Assembly (NCBI GenBank): GCA_964604655.1
Contig: CAZRZY010000008.1
Coordinates: 11,087-75,086 of the forward strand
Length of the DNA stretch: 64,000 nt
Reading direction: 5' to 3'
From: an uncultured Bacteroides sp.
Lineage (GTDB): Bacteria; Bacteroidota; Bacteroidia; Bacteroidales; GCA-2748055
The translations under genes and the position numbers were made by a program. Positions 47,637 to 58,122 of this stretch are shown piece by piece (position 1 is the first letter of the stretch; each line of letters begins with the position of its first letter). The notes beneath the pieces were generated by a model, which did not search any database, was not told the DNA's origin, and saw only the letters and a list, made by a program, of their open reading frames with translations.

Positions 47637-49058
47637 ATGGCAAGTCGCGTCATAATCGGAATAGTGGCTTTCCTGCTGGGCCATACGTTTGTGATCCAGG
47701 CACAGGATCTGCTGGGCCTTTCTGAGGACCAGCTGATTGTGGAAGATATTCTGATAGAGGGGAACAGAGTAACCCAATCCTCCATTATTCTCAGAGAACT
47801 CACCTTTAGCCGGGGGGATACCATCCGGAAGATGGAGCTGCTTCCGGCCATCCAGAGAAGCAGGGAAAATCTGCTGAACCTGGCCATTTTCAACTTCGTC
47901 AATTTCGATGCTTCACACTTTCCGGGCAACAAGATAAAGATCCATATTTCCATCACAGAGCGGTGGTATATTTGGCCTGTTCCGATTCTGGAATATGCAG
48001 AGCGCAATTTCAGTGAATTTATTACCAACCGGGAGTGGGACAAAATCGTTTACGGAGCCTGGCTCCGGTGGAACAACTTCAGGGGCAGGAACGAGTTGCT
48101 GACGGCGAAGGTCAGGCTGGGATATATCAGGGAGTATGCACTGGCCTACTCGGCACCCAATATCGGATTAAGACAGCGACACGGGATCTCCACCGGATTT
48201 AACCTGAACCAGCAAAACGAGCTGTTTGTGGCCACGGTGAATAACCGTCCTGTTGAATACAAACCCGGCGTGCTTCCGGCTACCACCAGGGTCAATGCTT
48301 TTGCACGCTACTCCTACAGGCGAAAGATCTATTCCACCCATTCGCTGAGGTTCGAGTACTGGGATTACATGGTCACAGACTCCGTTGCCATTACCAATCC
48401 GAACTATCTGGGGGGGGGGCGTCCAAGGCTGCGCTTTTTCTCTGCCATCTATGAATTCTCCCACGATGTGCGCGATTCCAGGGTGTACCCCCTGGAAGGA
48501 TTTGCAGTGAAACTCCGGGGGGAAAGGCTGGGTCTGGGGATCATCCCCGAGTTCGCTTATCCATCCACCCGGGTCACCGGGATCCTGATGTTCCACCAGC
48601 AGGTGGCCAGCAGGATCTATTTCTATAATGTATCCAAGGCGCGCTGGTCGTCAGAGAAGCTGTTGCCATATTCCCTGAACAGGGGGCTGGGCTACAATGA
48701 GTTTTTGAGTGGATTTGAGCCTTATGTGATCGACGGGTCGGACTATTTTATTACCAAATACAGCCTGAAATTTCAGGTAATCAAGCCCACTACCTACACG
48801 CTGCCCCTCATCCGGATGGACCAATTCAACAAGCTTTATTACGCGATCTATTTCAACCTTTTTGCCGATGCCGGGTACGTGTACAATGAGTTTCCCGATC
48901 CGACCAATACCATGGTGAACAACTGGCAGTTCTCGGCAGGCATCGGGATCGATCTGGTTACCTACTACGATCAGGTGTTCCGGGTCGATTATGCCATCAA
49001 CAGGTTTGGTGAACGCGGTCTGTTCTTTCATATTGAAACACCCTTCGGCCGATGGTAA
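47637..49058 (+). CDS. POTRA + Omp85-like (BamA/TamA family) outer-membrane protein
   Basis: Signal peptide, IEGNRVT..IILREL POTRA, ERWYIWP, beta-strand C-terminus. Confidence 0.8.
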   Translation: MASRVIIGIVAFLLGHTFVIQAQDLLGLSEDQLIVEDILIEGNRVTQSSIILRELTFSRGDTIRKMELLPAIQRSRENLLNLAIFNFVNFDASHFPGNKIKIHISITERWYIWPVPILEYAERNFSEFITNREWDKIVYGAWLRWNNFRGRNELLTAKVRLGYIREYALAYSAPNIGLRQRHGISTGFNLNQQNELFVATVNNRPVEYKPGVLPATTRVNAFARYSYRRKIYSTHSLRFEYWDYMVTDSVAITNPNYLGGGRPRLRFFSAIYEFSHDVRDSRVYPLEGFAVKLRGERLGLGIIPEFAYPSTRVTGILMFHQQVASRIYFYNVSKARWSSEKLLPYSLNRGLGYNEFLSGFEPYVIDGSDYFITKYSLKFQVIKPTTYTLPLIRMDQFNKLYYAIYFNLFADAGYVYNEFPDPTNTMVNNWQFSAGIGIDLVTYYDQVFRVDYAINRFGERGLFFHIETPFGRW

Positions 49059-50095
49059 AGCTTAAAACTGCCAAAAGCTATGCACTGGCAGTCACCCTTC
49101 TGGTGATCCTCTTCCTCGCGCTGGGAGGTGCCGTCAGCATCTGGATCGGTTTCAGACATCCCCTGTCCGGAATTCTCCTGATGATGGTCATTGTCGCATC
49201 GGCCACCTACTTGGGAGTGAGACGTTTATTTGTTCGATTTGTGGAACAGAAGGTCGATCCCATCTATAACACTATCCATAGTTATACCCTGTCGCAGAAT
49301 AAGCTGAGGGAGACCATTGATAAAGGAGAGGTGATCCCGGATCTGAACAAGGAAGTGAAGGTCTGGACTGACCACCAGTCGGAGGAGATCAAAAAACTGA
49401 GAGAGCTGGAAAAATACCGGAAGGATTTTCTGGGGAACGTATCACATGAGCTCAAGACACCCATATTTAATATTCAGGGGTATATCCTGACACTTCTGGA
49501 TGGAGGGATGGAAGATACCAGTATCAACAAATTATATCTGAAACGGGCTGAGAATAGCACCAACCGGCTTATCAATATTGTTGAAGACCTTGATTCCATT
49601 GCCAGGCTTGAATCGGGGGAGTTCAAGCTCCAGAAGGAACGTTTCAATATGGTAAAGCTGGTGGAAGAGGTGATCGAATACCTGGAGCTGCCGGCCAAAC
49701 AGAAAAACATCAAAATCGGTTTCGATTCCAACTACAACAAGCCGGTGAGGGTGGTGGCCGATCGCAAAAGGATCGTGGAGGTGATCAGCAACCTGGTTAA
49801 CAACTCCATCAAATACGGCAGGGAGGGAGGCAGGACCACCATAGGGTTTACCGATACGGGGGAAAGCATCCTGGTCGATATAACCGACAACGGAATTGGC
49901 ATTGAAGAGAAGAATCTGCCAAGGATTTTCGAGCGGTTTTTCAGGGTGGATAAAAGCCGTTCCCGGGAATCCGGAGGAACAGGACTGGGCCTTTCGATCG
50001 TCAAGCATACCATCCAGGCCCACCATCAGACCATTACCGTCAGAAGCAAAATCGACCAGGGGACCACCTTTATATTCTCTCTGGAAAAGGGGTAA
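49052..50095 (+). CDS. PhoR-like sensor histidine kinase
   Basis: Two TM helices, FLGNVSHELKTPIFNIQGY, RIFERFFRVDKSRSRE.GGTGLGL. Confidence 0.9.
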   Translation: MVKLKTAKSYALAVTLLVILFLALGGAVSIWIGFRHPLSGILLMMVIVASATYLGVRRLFVRFVEQKVDPIYNTIHSYTLSQNKLRETIDKGEVIPDLNKEVKVWTDHQSEEIKKLRELEKYRKDFLGNVSHELKTPIFNIQGYILTLLDGGMEDTSINKLYLKRAENSTNRLINIVEDLDSIARLESGEFKLQKERFNMVKLVEEVIEYLELPAKQKNIKIGFDSNYNKPVRVVADRKRIVEVISNLVNNSIKYGREGGRTTIGFTDTGESILVDITDNGIGIEEKNLPRIFERFFRVDKSRSRESGGTGLGLSIVKHTIQAHHQTITVRSKIDQGTTFIFSLEKG

Positions 50096-50115
50096 GGGCA
50101 CATCGCTACTGCATG

Positions 50116-51750
50116 CTATTGACCGGAGGGAGGATCGGTCCAGTCCCCCTCCTGTTTCATCAGCCCGATCAGTATTTTCAGCGCTTCCTTTTCGTGGACT
50201 TTATCCCGGAACAGGCTTTTTCCTTTATAGATGGATACACGCTCCGGCCCTGCTCCCACATATCCATAATCGGCATCAGCCATCTCACCGGGGCCATTCA
50301 CGATGCATCCCATTACCGCGATCTTGAGACCGGCCAGGTGGGATGTGGCACTTCGGACTTCCCTTAGCCGGCTGAGTATATCGAAATGGGTCCGACCACA
50401 GGAGGGGCAGGCGATATACTCGGTATGGCTGATCCTGGCACCTGCTGCCTGCAGAATCCGGAGCAGTGTTTGCTGCATCTCATCGCCATCTGATGGCCCG
50501 CCGTCCGATGGCCCGTCATCCGGCCAGAGCGCATCCACAGCACCATCCACCAGCAGGGATCCCACATCTCCTGCCAGCTTCAACTGGCGGTACCAGCGGT
50601 CGCCTTTGGCTGGAGAGGGCCTGAAAGCTACGGGAGCGGAGGTGTTGAGGTGGCAAAAATGGTTCAGATGCCGTTTGATCTCCTGTATGGGCTGAGAGCC
50701 CTGTTCAAGCAACAGGATTCCCTTCCCTCCCTCAAGGAGGGAGCGATCTTTCAGCCAACGATCATAGGTGACCATCTGATGTTGTACCTCCGCGGTTCCG
50801 GGATCCGTTCCGGGTTCGGGAGGGTGATCGCTGATGATCTTTACTTTAGAACCTTTACCGATACCGCCAACCGGGAGGGAAACCCTCCTGTGGAAAGAGA
50901 AAGGGTTCCAGGAGAGCCCCTCCAAAGGATCGTAGGGGAGGAGGTCTGGTTTGGGGAAGAGCGAAACCAGGGCGGAGGCTACCGGCAGCTCTTCCGATGG
51001 TGGTTCGGTCAGAGAGACCCGGATGGTGTCTCCCATTCCTTCCAGGAGGAGCGGTGCCAAACCCACTGCCGAACGTATCCGGCCTTCCGGCCCATCTCCT
51101 GCTTCCGTCACACCCAGGTGCAACGGATAGGAGATCCCTTCGTCGGTCATGGTTCTGACCAGTAAGCGAACCGACTGTACCATCACTCTGGGATTGCTCG
51201 CCTTCAGGGAAACCACCACCCTTTCAAAGCGACGGTCCCTGCATATCCTTAGAAACTGCATGGCCGACTCCACCATTCCCATGGGAGTGTCTCCATGTTC
51301 TTCCAGGATGGAGGGATGGAGGGATCCGTGATTTACCCCTATGCGGATAGCAGTTCCTGTGGCGGCGCAACGGTCGAGCAGCTCCGGCAATAGGGTATCC
51401 AACGCGTTACCCCTGAGATAGTTACCGGGATTGATCCGGATCTTTTCCACCATTCCGGCTGCCTCCAGTGCCAGACGCGGTCTAAAATGAATATCGGCAA
51501 CCAGGGGTACGGAAATGCCCTCCCGGTACAACTGACTTCGGATCTGTGAAAGTGCGGTTAGCTCCTTATTTCCCTGGACAGTGAGCCTGACCAGTTCTGC
51601 TCCCCGCCGGATCAGATCCCGGCACTGGGCCAGGGAGGATTCCACCAGGTGGGTGGAGGTGTTGGTCATGGTTTGAATGCGCACAGGGGCATTTCCTCCC
51701 ATGGCCAGCTCTCCAATAATGACCGGAGTGGAACGATAGCAGGAATTCAT
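50116..51750 (-). CDS. ispG: HMBPP synthase (4-hydroxy-3-methylbut-2-enyl diphosphate synthase)
   Basis: [52 protein letters not shown]. Confidence 0.96.
   Translation of the reverse strand: MNSCYRSTPVIIGELAMGGNAPVRIQTMTNTSTHLVESSLAQCRDLIRRGAELVRLTVQGNKELTALSQIRSQLYREGISVPLVADIHFRPRLALEAAGMVEKIRINPGNYLRGNALDTLLPELLDRCAATGTAIRIGVNHGSLHPSILEEHGDTPMGMVESAMQFLRICRDRRFERVVVSLKASNPRVMVQSVRLLVRTMTDEGISYPLHLGVTEAGDGPEGRIRSAVGLAPLLLEGMGDTIRVSLTEPPSEELPVASALVSLFPKPDLLPYDPLEGLSWNPFSFHRRVSLPVGGIGKGSKVKIISDHPPEPGTDPGTAEVQHQMVTYDRWLKDRSLLEGGKGILLLEQGSQPIQEIKRHLNHFCHLNTSAPVAFRPSPAKGDRWYRQLKLAGDVGSLLVDGAVDALWPDDGPSDGGPSDGDEMQQTLLRILQAAGARISHTEYIACPSCGRTHFDILSRLREVRSATSHLAGLKIAVMGCIVNGPGEMADADYGYVGAGPERVSIYKGKSLFRDKVHEKEALKILIGLMKQEGDWTDPPSGQ
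50486..50521. repeat. 15-bp in-frame duplication in ispG
   Basis: ccatctgatggcccg / ccgtccgatggcccg / tcatcc, encoding [12 protein letters not shown]. Confidence 0.7.
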
Positions 51751-53222
51751 GAGGTCTCAAATTCCCAGTCGGCACCCTCTTTCCGGTCCATAACCCGGAT
51801 CCCCAGACGGGCCAGATGATCACGGATCCGGTCGGCTGCAACATAGTCTTTTCTTTCCTTTGCCTCCTGCCGGCTGCGAAGAATCATCTCCACCAGTTCT
51901 CCGGTAATTCCTTTTCCCGGTTCCTGGCGGGAAGGCTGGGCCAGCCCGAGTACCTCCGGTACCATTTCCCGGAACAGGTTTCTGAGTTTTCCAAGGTCTT
52001 CAACGGTCAGTGATTCACGCCCTTCCTCCATCAGATGGATCCATTTGACCCCGTCAAACAGATGACCGATCAGAACCGGGGTATTCAGATCGTCATTCAT
52101 GGCGGAACGGCACCGGACTGATAAATCTTCCACAGGGAGGGTGGAAGCGTCCGATGGAGACAGGTCGCTGAGCGTTCTCATTGCCCGGAACAGCCGGTCC
52201 AGTCCCTTTTCAGCAGCCTGAAGCGCTTCGTTGGAAAAGTCGAGGGTACTCCGGTAGTGGGCCTGCAACATGAAGAACCGGATGGTCATAGGGGCATAGG
52301 CCTGGGAAAGCAACTTGTGATTGCCTGTGAAGAACTCCTCCAGAGTGATGAAGTTGTTGAGCGACCGGCCCATTTTCTGTCCGTTGATGGTGATCATGTT
52401 GTTGTGCATCCAGTATCGGACCGCGGGTTTTCCGTAGCCGGCCACGTTCTGTGCGATCTCACATTCATGATGAGGGAAAAGCAGGTCCATCCCACCTCCG
52501 TGGATATCAAACTCCATTCCAAGATATTTGGTGCTCATGGCCGAACACTCCACGTGCCAGCCGGGATATCCCTCGCTCCATGGAGAAGGCCAGTGCATCA
52601 GATGGGTGGGATCGGCCTTTTTCCAGAGGGCAAAATCGAGCGGACTGCGCTTCTCCGACTGTCCCTCCAGGGTTCGGGTATTGGATAGCAGATCCTCAAT
52701 TTTCCTGCCGGAGAGTTCCCCGTACCGGTGATTACGGTGATAGGACTCCACGTCGAAGTAGACCGACCCGCCGGCTTCATAGGCAAACCCGGCTTCCAGG
52801 ATCTTGCCGATCAGTATCTGCTGCTCAATGATATGTCCGCTGGCCCTGGGCTCTATACTGGGAGGCAGGACCTGCAGATCCCGCATATGCTCGTGGTAGC
52901 GGTTCATATAGTGCTGTACCACCTCCATCGGTTCCAGCGATTCGAGCCGGGCTTTCTTCTGAACCTTGTCCTCCCCTTCATCGCCATCCCCCTCCAGATG
53001 GCCCACATCGGTAATATTACGAACATACCGGACCCTGTATCCCAGGTTGGCCAGGTACCGGAACAGGATATCGAATGTGATGGCCTGGCGGGCGTGACCC
53101 AGGTGGGCGTCTCCATAAACGGTAGGCCCGCATGCATAGAGGCCCACATGGGGAGGGCGCAGGGGTATGAACCGTTCCTTTCGACGGTTCAGGGTATTGT
53201 ATAAAAACAGGTCGTTGCCCAT
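51747..53222 (-). CDS. cysS: Cysteine-tRNA ligase
   Basis: [43 protein letters not shown]; start ATG 53222. Confidence 0.97.
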   Translation of the reverse strand: MGNDLFLYNTLNRRKERFIPLRPPHVGLYACGPTVYGDAHLGHARQAITFDILFRYLANLGYRVRYVRNITDVGHLEGDGDEGEDKVQKKARLESLEPMEVVQHYMNRYHEHMRDLQVLPPSIEPRASGHIIEQQILIGKILEAGFAYEAGGSVYFDVESYHRNHRYGELSGRKIEDLLSNTRTLEGQSEKRSPLDFALWKKADPTHLMHWPSPWSEGYPGWHVECSAMSTKYLGMEFDIHGGGMDLLFPHHECEIAQNVAGYGKPAVRYWMHNNMITINGQKMGRSLNNFITLEEFFTGNHKLLSQAYAPMTIRFFMLQAHYRSTLDFSNEALQAAEKGLDRLFRAMRTLSDLSPSDASTLPVEDLSVRCRSAMNDDLNTPVLIGHLFDGVKWIHLMEEGRESLTVEDLGKLRNLFREMVPEVLGLAQPSRQEPGKGITGELVEMILRSRQEAKERKDYVAADRIRDHLARLGIRVMDRKEGADWEFETS

Positions 53223-53227
53223 GGGCA

Positions 53228-53244
53228 CAAAATTAGTAATTTTA
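53228..53244. promoter_or_regulatory. Back-to-back -7 elements for cysS and rnr
   Basis: CAAAATTA-G-TAATTTTA: minus-strand TAATTTTG and plus-strand TAATTTTA. Confidence 0.6.
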
Positions 53245-53268
53245 GGGTTTAACAGAAATGGAGTATAC

Positions 53269-55467
53269 ATGGGTAAACGAAAGCCAAAAAAGAAAGATAA
53301 GTTTACCAGGCAGGAAGCTGCCGTGCTGATCATGGGAGTGTTTGGGCGGAATCCCCGGCAGGTTTACAACCATAAACAGATTGCTAAACAACTTTTCATC
53401 AATGACAATCACCGGCGGTCGGTTATCTCCGATACACTGGATGAACTGGTGGGCAGAAAGGAGCTGGAGCAATTGGAACCGGGCAGGTACCGGCTGCTGA
53501 GCAGGGCGGGTTACCGGACCGGGTCGGTCGACATGACTCACCATGGATACGGGTATCTGGTTTCGGAGGAGGTGGAAGATGACGTATTTATTGCACGGAA
53601 TAATCTGAAAACTGCACTGGACGGAGACCTGGTGAGGGTGCACGTATACCCGAAGCGCAGGAGCAGTAACCGCACCGAAGGAGAGGTGGTGGAAATCCTG
53701 GAGCGGGCCAGGGATACTTTTGTCGGAACGGTGGAAATCTCCCGGAACTACGCATTTCTTCTGCCGGATAGCCGGAAAATGCCATTCGATATCTTTATTC
53801 CCCTGGATAACCTCAAGGGGGTGGAACACGGACAGAAAGCGATCGCCCGGATTATCGACTGGCCTGAAAAAGTAAAAAATCCTTTTGGCGAGATTGTGGA
53901 TGTCCTCGGATTTCCCGGTGAAAATGAGACGGAGATGCACTCCATCCTGGCCGAATTCGAACTGCCCATCAAATTTTCCGGGGAGGTGCTAAATGCTGCA
54001 CAAAAGATCCCTGATACTATCACCACTGAAGAGATAAAGCGAAGAAGAGATTTCAGGAAGGTTCCCACCTTTACCATCGATCCGGCCGATGCCAAGGATT
54101 ACGATGATGCGTTGTCGATCCGCCCTCTCTCTGGCGGGGAATGGGAAGTGGGAGTTCATATAGCCGATGTGTCTCACTATGTGAAAACCAAAACCATCCT
54201 TGATCAGGAAGCCTTCGAGAGGGCCACTTCCGTCTATCTGGTCGACCGGGTAGTTCCCATGCTTCCCGAGAAGCTATCCAACGGGGTTTGCTCGCTCCGG
54301 CCCCTGGAGGATAAACTGACCTTTTCGGCTGTGTTCAGGATGAATGAAAAGGCCGAAGTGCTCGATGAGTGGTTCGGGCGTACGGTCATTCATTCGGACC
54401 GGCGTTTTGATTATGAAGAGGCACAGTCGGTCATTGAAACCGGCCAGGGAGCGATGAAAGAAGAGCTGTTAAAGTTGCATGAACTGGCTACCGTGTTGAA
54501 GCAGCAGCGTTTTAAGCAGGGATCGATCAATTTTGAAAGAGAGGAGGTGAAGTTTCACCTGGAGGAGGATGGGACGCCCACCGGAGTCTACTTTAAGGTG
54601 CAGAAGGAAGCTAACTGGCTGATCGAGGAGTTCATGCTGCTGGCCAACAGGAAGGTGGCCGAATTTGCCGGCCGGGGCGGAAAGTACCTGAAAGAGATGC
54701 AGGAAGGTCCCCGGAAAGGGAAAAAGCCTGCGGGTAAAACTTTTGTTTACAGGATTCATGATCTTCCTGATCCGGAGAAGATGGAGACCTTTACCCGCTT
54801 TATCACCAAATTTGGGCACACGCTCAATCCCCAGCAACCATCCAGGCAGCTCTCCACCTCCATTAATAAACTGTTGGACAATGTGCAGGGCAGGAAAGAG
54901 CAGCACGTGGTGGAGATGATGGCACTGCGCTCCATGGCCAAAGCCAGGTATTCTACAAAAAATATCGGGCATTACGGACTGGCCTTCAGGGATTACACCC
55001 ATTTTACATCTCCGATCCGGCGCTATCCGGACTTGATGGTCCACCGGTTGCTTTCCCATTACCTCGAAGGCGGAGATTCGAAAAACGCGGATACCTATGA
55101 AAAAAGATGCCAGCATGCTTCGGAGATGGAGCGCCGGGCTGTGGAAGCCGAGAGGGCTTCCATAAAATTTAAGCAGGTGGAGTTCATGCAGGATAAGGTG
55201 GGCAGGGAGTTTGACGGTGTGGTTTCAGGCCTGACCGATTGGGGGATCTATGTGGAAGTGGTGGAGAACAAGTGTGAGGGAATGGTTTCCATTAAGAGCA
55301 TCGTGGATGATTTTTATGAATTTGATGAGGAGGAATACCGGATTATCGGGCGCCATACGGGAAGGAAGTTTGAGATCGGTGATCTGGTGAAAATTGAGGT
55401 GATACAGGCGAATCTTTCCAGAAGACAACTGGATTTCAGGATTGTAGAATCAAATGAGGCGGATTAA
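53269..55467 (+). CDS. rnr: Ribonuclease R
   Basis: Cold-shock domains, [41 protein letters not shown]1 domain; start ATG 53269. Confidence 0.96.
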   Translation: MGKRKPKKKDKFTRQEAAVLIMGVFGRNPRQVYNHKQIAKQLFINDNHRRSVISDTLDELVGRKELEQLEPGRYRLLSRAGYRTGSVDMTHHGYGYLVSEEVEDDVFIARNNLKTALDGDLVRVHVYPKRRSSNRTEGEVVEILERARDTFVGTVEISRNYAFLLPDSRKMPFDIFIPLDNLKGVEHGQKAIARIIDWPEKVKNPFGEIVDVLGFPGENETEMHSILAEFELPIKFSGEVLNAAQKIPDTITTEEIKRRRDFRKVPTFTIDPADAKDYDDALSIRPLSGGEWEVGVHIADVSHYVKTKTILDQEAFERATSVYLVDRVVPMLPEKLSNGVCSLRPLEDKLTFSAVFRMNEKAEVLDEWFGRTVIHSDRRFDYEEAQSVIETGQGAMKEELLKLHELATVLKQQRFKQGSINFEREEVKFHLEEDGTPTGVYFKVQKEANWLIEEFMLLANRKVAEFAGRGGKYLKEMQEGPRKGKKPAGKTFVYRIHDLPDPEKMETFTRFITKFGHTLNPQQPSRQLSTSINKLLDNVQGRKEQHVVEMMALRSMAKARYSTKNIGHYGLAFRDYTHFTSPIRRYPDLMVHRLLSHYLEGGDSKNADTYEKRCQHASEMERRAVEAERASIKFKQVEFMQDKVGREFDGVVSGLTDWGIYVEVVENKCEGMVSIKSIVDDFYEFDEEEYRIIGRHTGRKFEIGDLVKIEVIQANLSRRQLDFRIVESNEAD

Positions 55468-55476
55468 TTTTACAGC

Positions 55477-56064
55477 ATGGTTGTCGTAAAGGAAGAGGTC
55501 AGATCTGAAATTGTTGGCGTAGCCCGCAAGATCTTCACCCGATACGGGTTCAGGAAAACCACCATGGAGGAAATCGCCTCAGCCAGCGGTAAAGGTAAAA
55601 GTTCCATCTACTATTATTTTAAAAGCAAGGAGGAGATTTTTCGCGCGGTCGTGGAGCGGGAGGCACGGGAACTGAAATTGAAACTGGACCAGACGGTCCT
55701 GAAACACTCCTCTCCTGTGGATAAGCTGAAGTACTATATTTTATTCAGACTGCGCCATGTGCGAACGGTGAAAAATTTCTATGCCGCACTGAATGATCCA
55801 GACCTCTCAAGAATGGAATTCATCCTGGAGATCCGAAAAGAGATCGATTTGGAGGAGCGCGAGGTGGTCAGGGAGATCCTGGAAGAGGGGATGAAAGAGG
55901 GAAGTTTTCAGGTGGCCAGTTCGGAGATCGGAGCCATTGCTATCTCCACCATGATGAAAGGACTGGAACTCCCCCTTCTTCTGAACCAGGAGCATAAAGG
56001 AGACCGGGGGGAATTACTGGAAGACCTGGTGAGGGTCCTGTTCTATGGGATTGTCAGGCGCTGA
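55477..56064 (+). CDS. TetR/AcrR family transcriptional regulator
   Basis: GFRKTTMEEIA..GKSSIYYYFKSKEEI HTH. Confidence 0.93.
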   Translation: MVVVKEEVRSEIVGVARKIFTRYGFRKTTMEEIASASGKGKSSIYYYFKSKEEIFRAVVEREARELKLKLDQTVLKHSSPVDKLKYYILFRLRHVRTVKNFYAALNDPDLSRMEFILEIRKEIDLEEREVVREILEEGMKEGSFQVASSEIGAIAISTMMKGLELPLLLNQEHKGDRGELLEDLVRVLFYGIVRR

Positions 56065-57177
56065 TCACTCCCTGGTGGTGGCAGCCTTCATTTTATGAAA
56101 GATACCGGTGTTCTGGTAGATACCGGCGAATGCTTCAGCACCAGGCCCATATGCAAATACCGGTATCAGCGACGCTGAATGACCTCCCGTGGCAAAGGAG
56201 GGACTTATCTTGCGATAATCCGAACCTCCGGATTCTCCGGAGGCGGCACTCAGTGTGAATCCTCCGGTTTCGTGATCGGCTGTGACCACTACGAGTGTCT
56301 CCCCATCCTTTTCGGCGAAATCCAGTATAATCTTCATCACCTTTTCGAAATCCAGCATTTCGGCGATCATGTATTCCGTATCGTTGGCATGTCCGGCCCA
56401 GTCGATCTGGGAAGACTCCACCATCAGGAAGAATCCCTCTTCATTGGATGAGAGATACCCGATAGCAAGGGCGGTAGCATCGGGCAAAAAATCCCCTCTT
56501 TCCGCGTGTGCCGGCGGCATTGCATCGGGAGCAAGCAGAAATCCGTATTTTTTTTCCGGATCGAGGGCACCGGGTCGGGGAAGAGTTAAGGTATCCAGGG
56601 TAAAGCCGTTGGCGGATGCCAGCGGGAACAGGTCCGCTCCGTCGCTGCGGCGGTTAAAGAACCCAGTTCCGCCACCGGCGAAGAAATCGATATCAGAATC
56701 AATTAACTGACGGGCGATCTCCTCCTGCATGCCCCGTTGTTCCACATGGGCATAGTAGGAAGCAGGGGTGGCGTGTGTAATGGAAGAGGTGGAGACCACC
56801 CCGGTACTCCAGCCTATCCCGGAGACCCATTCGGTGATGTTCTGGATGGTCATGCGGGCTGTATCCACCCCGATTGCGCCATTATAGGTTTTTTTACCGG
56901 CAGCCATGGCGGTTCCGCTGGCAGCTGAACCGGTCACCTTGTGAGTGGCCGACGAGGTATTGATCAGACTGACATGGGGAAGACGGGTGAAATTGGAAGG
57001 GGCATCTCCGAAGTAGAAAGGAACAGAAGCGGCGGATAAACCCATTCCATCTCCGATCAGCAAAATAATATTCTTCGGGTGGGAGCGGGTATCCGATTCC
57101 TGCTCGCCGGCCGGTGGGGCAGAGGTATTACAAGCCGCAAGCGACATGAGTACCAGCCAGACCACTGATTTTTTCAT
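56065..57177 (-). CDS. Alkaline phosphatase (PhoA family) lipoprotein
   Basis: Lipobox LAAC, IGDGMG, VT(G)SAA nucleophile Ser, THATPA, IDWAGH, TADHETGG, GHS; start ATG 57177. Confidence 0.93.
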   Translation of the reverse strand: MKKSVVWLVLMSLAACNTSAPPAGEQESDTRSHPKNIILLIGDGMGLSAASVPFYFGDAPSNFTRLPHVSLINTSSATHKVTGSAASGTAMAAGKKTYNGAIGVDTARMTIQNITEWVSGIGWSTGVVSTSSITHATPASYYAHVEQRGMQEEIARQLIDSDIDFFAGGGTGFFNRRSDGADLFPLASANGFTLDTLTLPRPGALDPEKKYGFLLAPDAMPPAHAERGDFLPDATALAIGYLSSNEEGFFLMVESSQIDWAGHANDTEYMIAEMLDFEKVMKIILDFAEKDGETLVVVTADHETGGFTLSAASGESGGSDYRKISPSFATGGHSASLIPVFAYGPGAEAFAGIYQNTGIFHKMKAATTRE

Positions 57178-57235
57178 ATGAAGCATTGTTTTGAGGTTAA
57201 TATACGTCATTCGGTTCATCTTGTTTGCTGCGGTA

Positions 57236-57264
57236 TGTAACGAAATCGTTAAATCTGTTGTTGA
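57236..57264 (-). promoter_or_regulatory. Putative Pho-box-like direct repeats
   Basis: Minus strand TCAACA-N6-TTAACG-N5-GTTACA upstream of the alkaline phosphatase gene. Confidence 0.45.
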
Positions 57265-57265
57265 G

Positions 57266-58081
57266 CTAGCTCCCGCTTTTCGCTTCTGCCTGCTTTTTCA
57301 GCCACGCAGGCCGGTCAGTGGTCAGGGCAGTCACTCCGAGCTCTTTCATTTTCGTTGCGGTATCAGGATCATTGACCGTCCAGCACCACACCTCCAGTCC
57401 GGCTGCACGACACTTCTCCATCAGTGAGTTGTTGATCATTCTGTATCGCAGATCCACCCCGTCGAGACCGGCTTCCAGGATCGTGCTGAACTGTTTGTTC
57501 AGATCGTGGCGGAACATGGAGAGATAAAAACAGGGAACATCGGGAAACGCTTCATGGGCTGCCCGGATGGCGTCCAGGTTAAATGAGATAAAACTGATCC
57601 GTCCCCTCTTCCAGTGGTTCCGAATTGTTTTTTCCAGGTAGGGCATAATCTCGGTTCCGGTTTTGATTTCGATCACCAGCATTCGGTCTTCCGGTATGGT
57701 GGCCAGGACCTCCTCCAGCAGGGGGATCGGCTCATCGCCATATTCCGGCAGGTGGGTTTCTCTGGATTTGATAGTCAGCCGGGAGAGCTCATTCCAGTCG
57801 GCAGAGGCAATATCCAGGTCGGTTCCGGTTAGCTTTCTGGTATTTTTGTCATGGAACAGAATGACCCGCCTGTCAGCAGTGAGCATCACATCACATTCAG
57901 CGGCGTCGGCCCCCAGCGCCCAGGCCAGTTCGATGGAGGCCAGAGTGTTTTCCGGAGCCAGGTAGGAAGCACCGCGGTGTGCCACGTACATCAAGGTATT
58001 CTGGCCGGAGGTCGGGCGGACACAAATGGTTCCGGTCAGAATCAACAGAATCACCAGGGGGAACAGGGGGAGCTGTTTCAT
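57266..58081 (-). CDS. Glycerophosphodiester phosphodiesterase
   Basis: AHRGAS..APENT, ECDV, FHD, IEIK, WTVN and TDRP motifs; signal peptide. Confidence 0.94.
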   Translation of the reverse strand: MKQLPLFPLVILLILTGTICVRPTSGQNTLMYVAHRGASYLAPENTLASIELAWALGADAAECDVMLTADRRVILFHDKNTRKLTGTDLDIASADWNELSRLTIKSRETHLPEYGDEPIPLLEEVLATIPEDRMLVIEIKTGTEIMPYLEKTIRNHWKRGRISFISFNLDAIRAAHEAFPDVPCFYLSMFRHDLNKQFSTILEAGLDGVDLRYRMINNSLMEKCRAAGLEVWCWTVNDPDTATKMKELGVTALTTDRPAWLKKQAEAKSGS

Positions 58082-58122
58082 ATTGAAGTATATTTACGCG
58101 TGTAAAATTAACAATTAAGGCC

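Noticed and set aside
53167-53333. Apparent head-to-head overlap of cysS and rnr in the ORF track
   Set aside because: Artefact of longest-ORF starts; homology and promoters support starts at 53222 and 53269.
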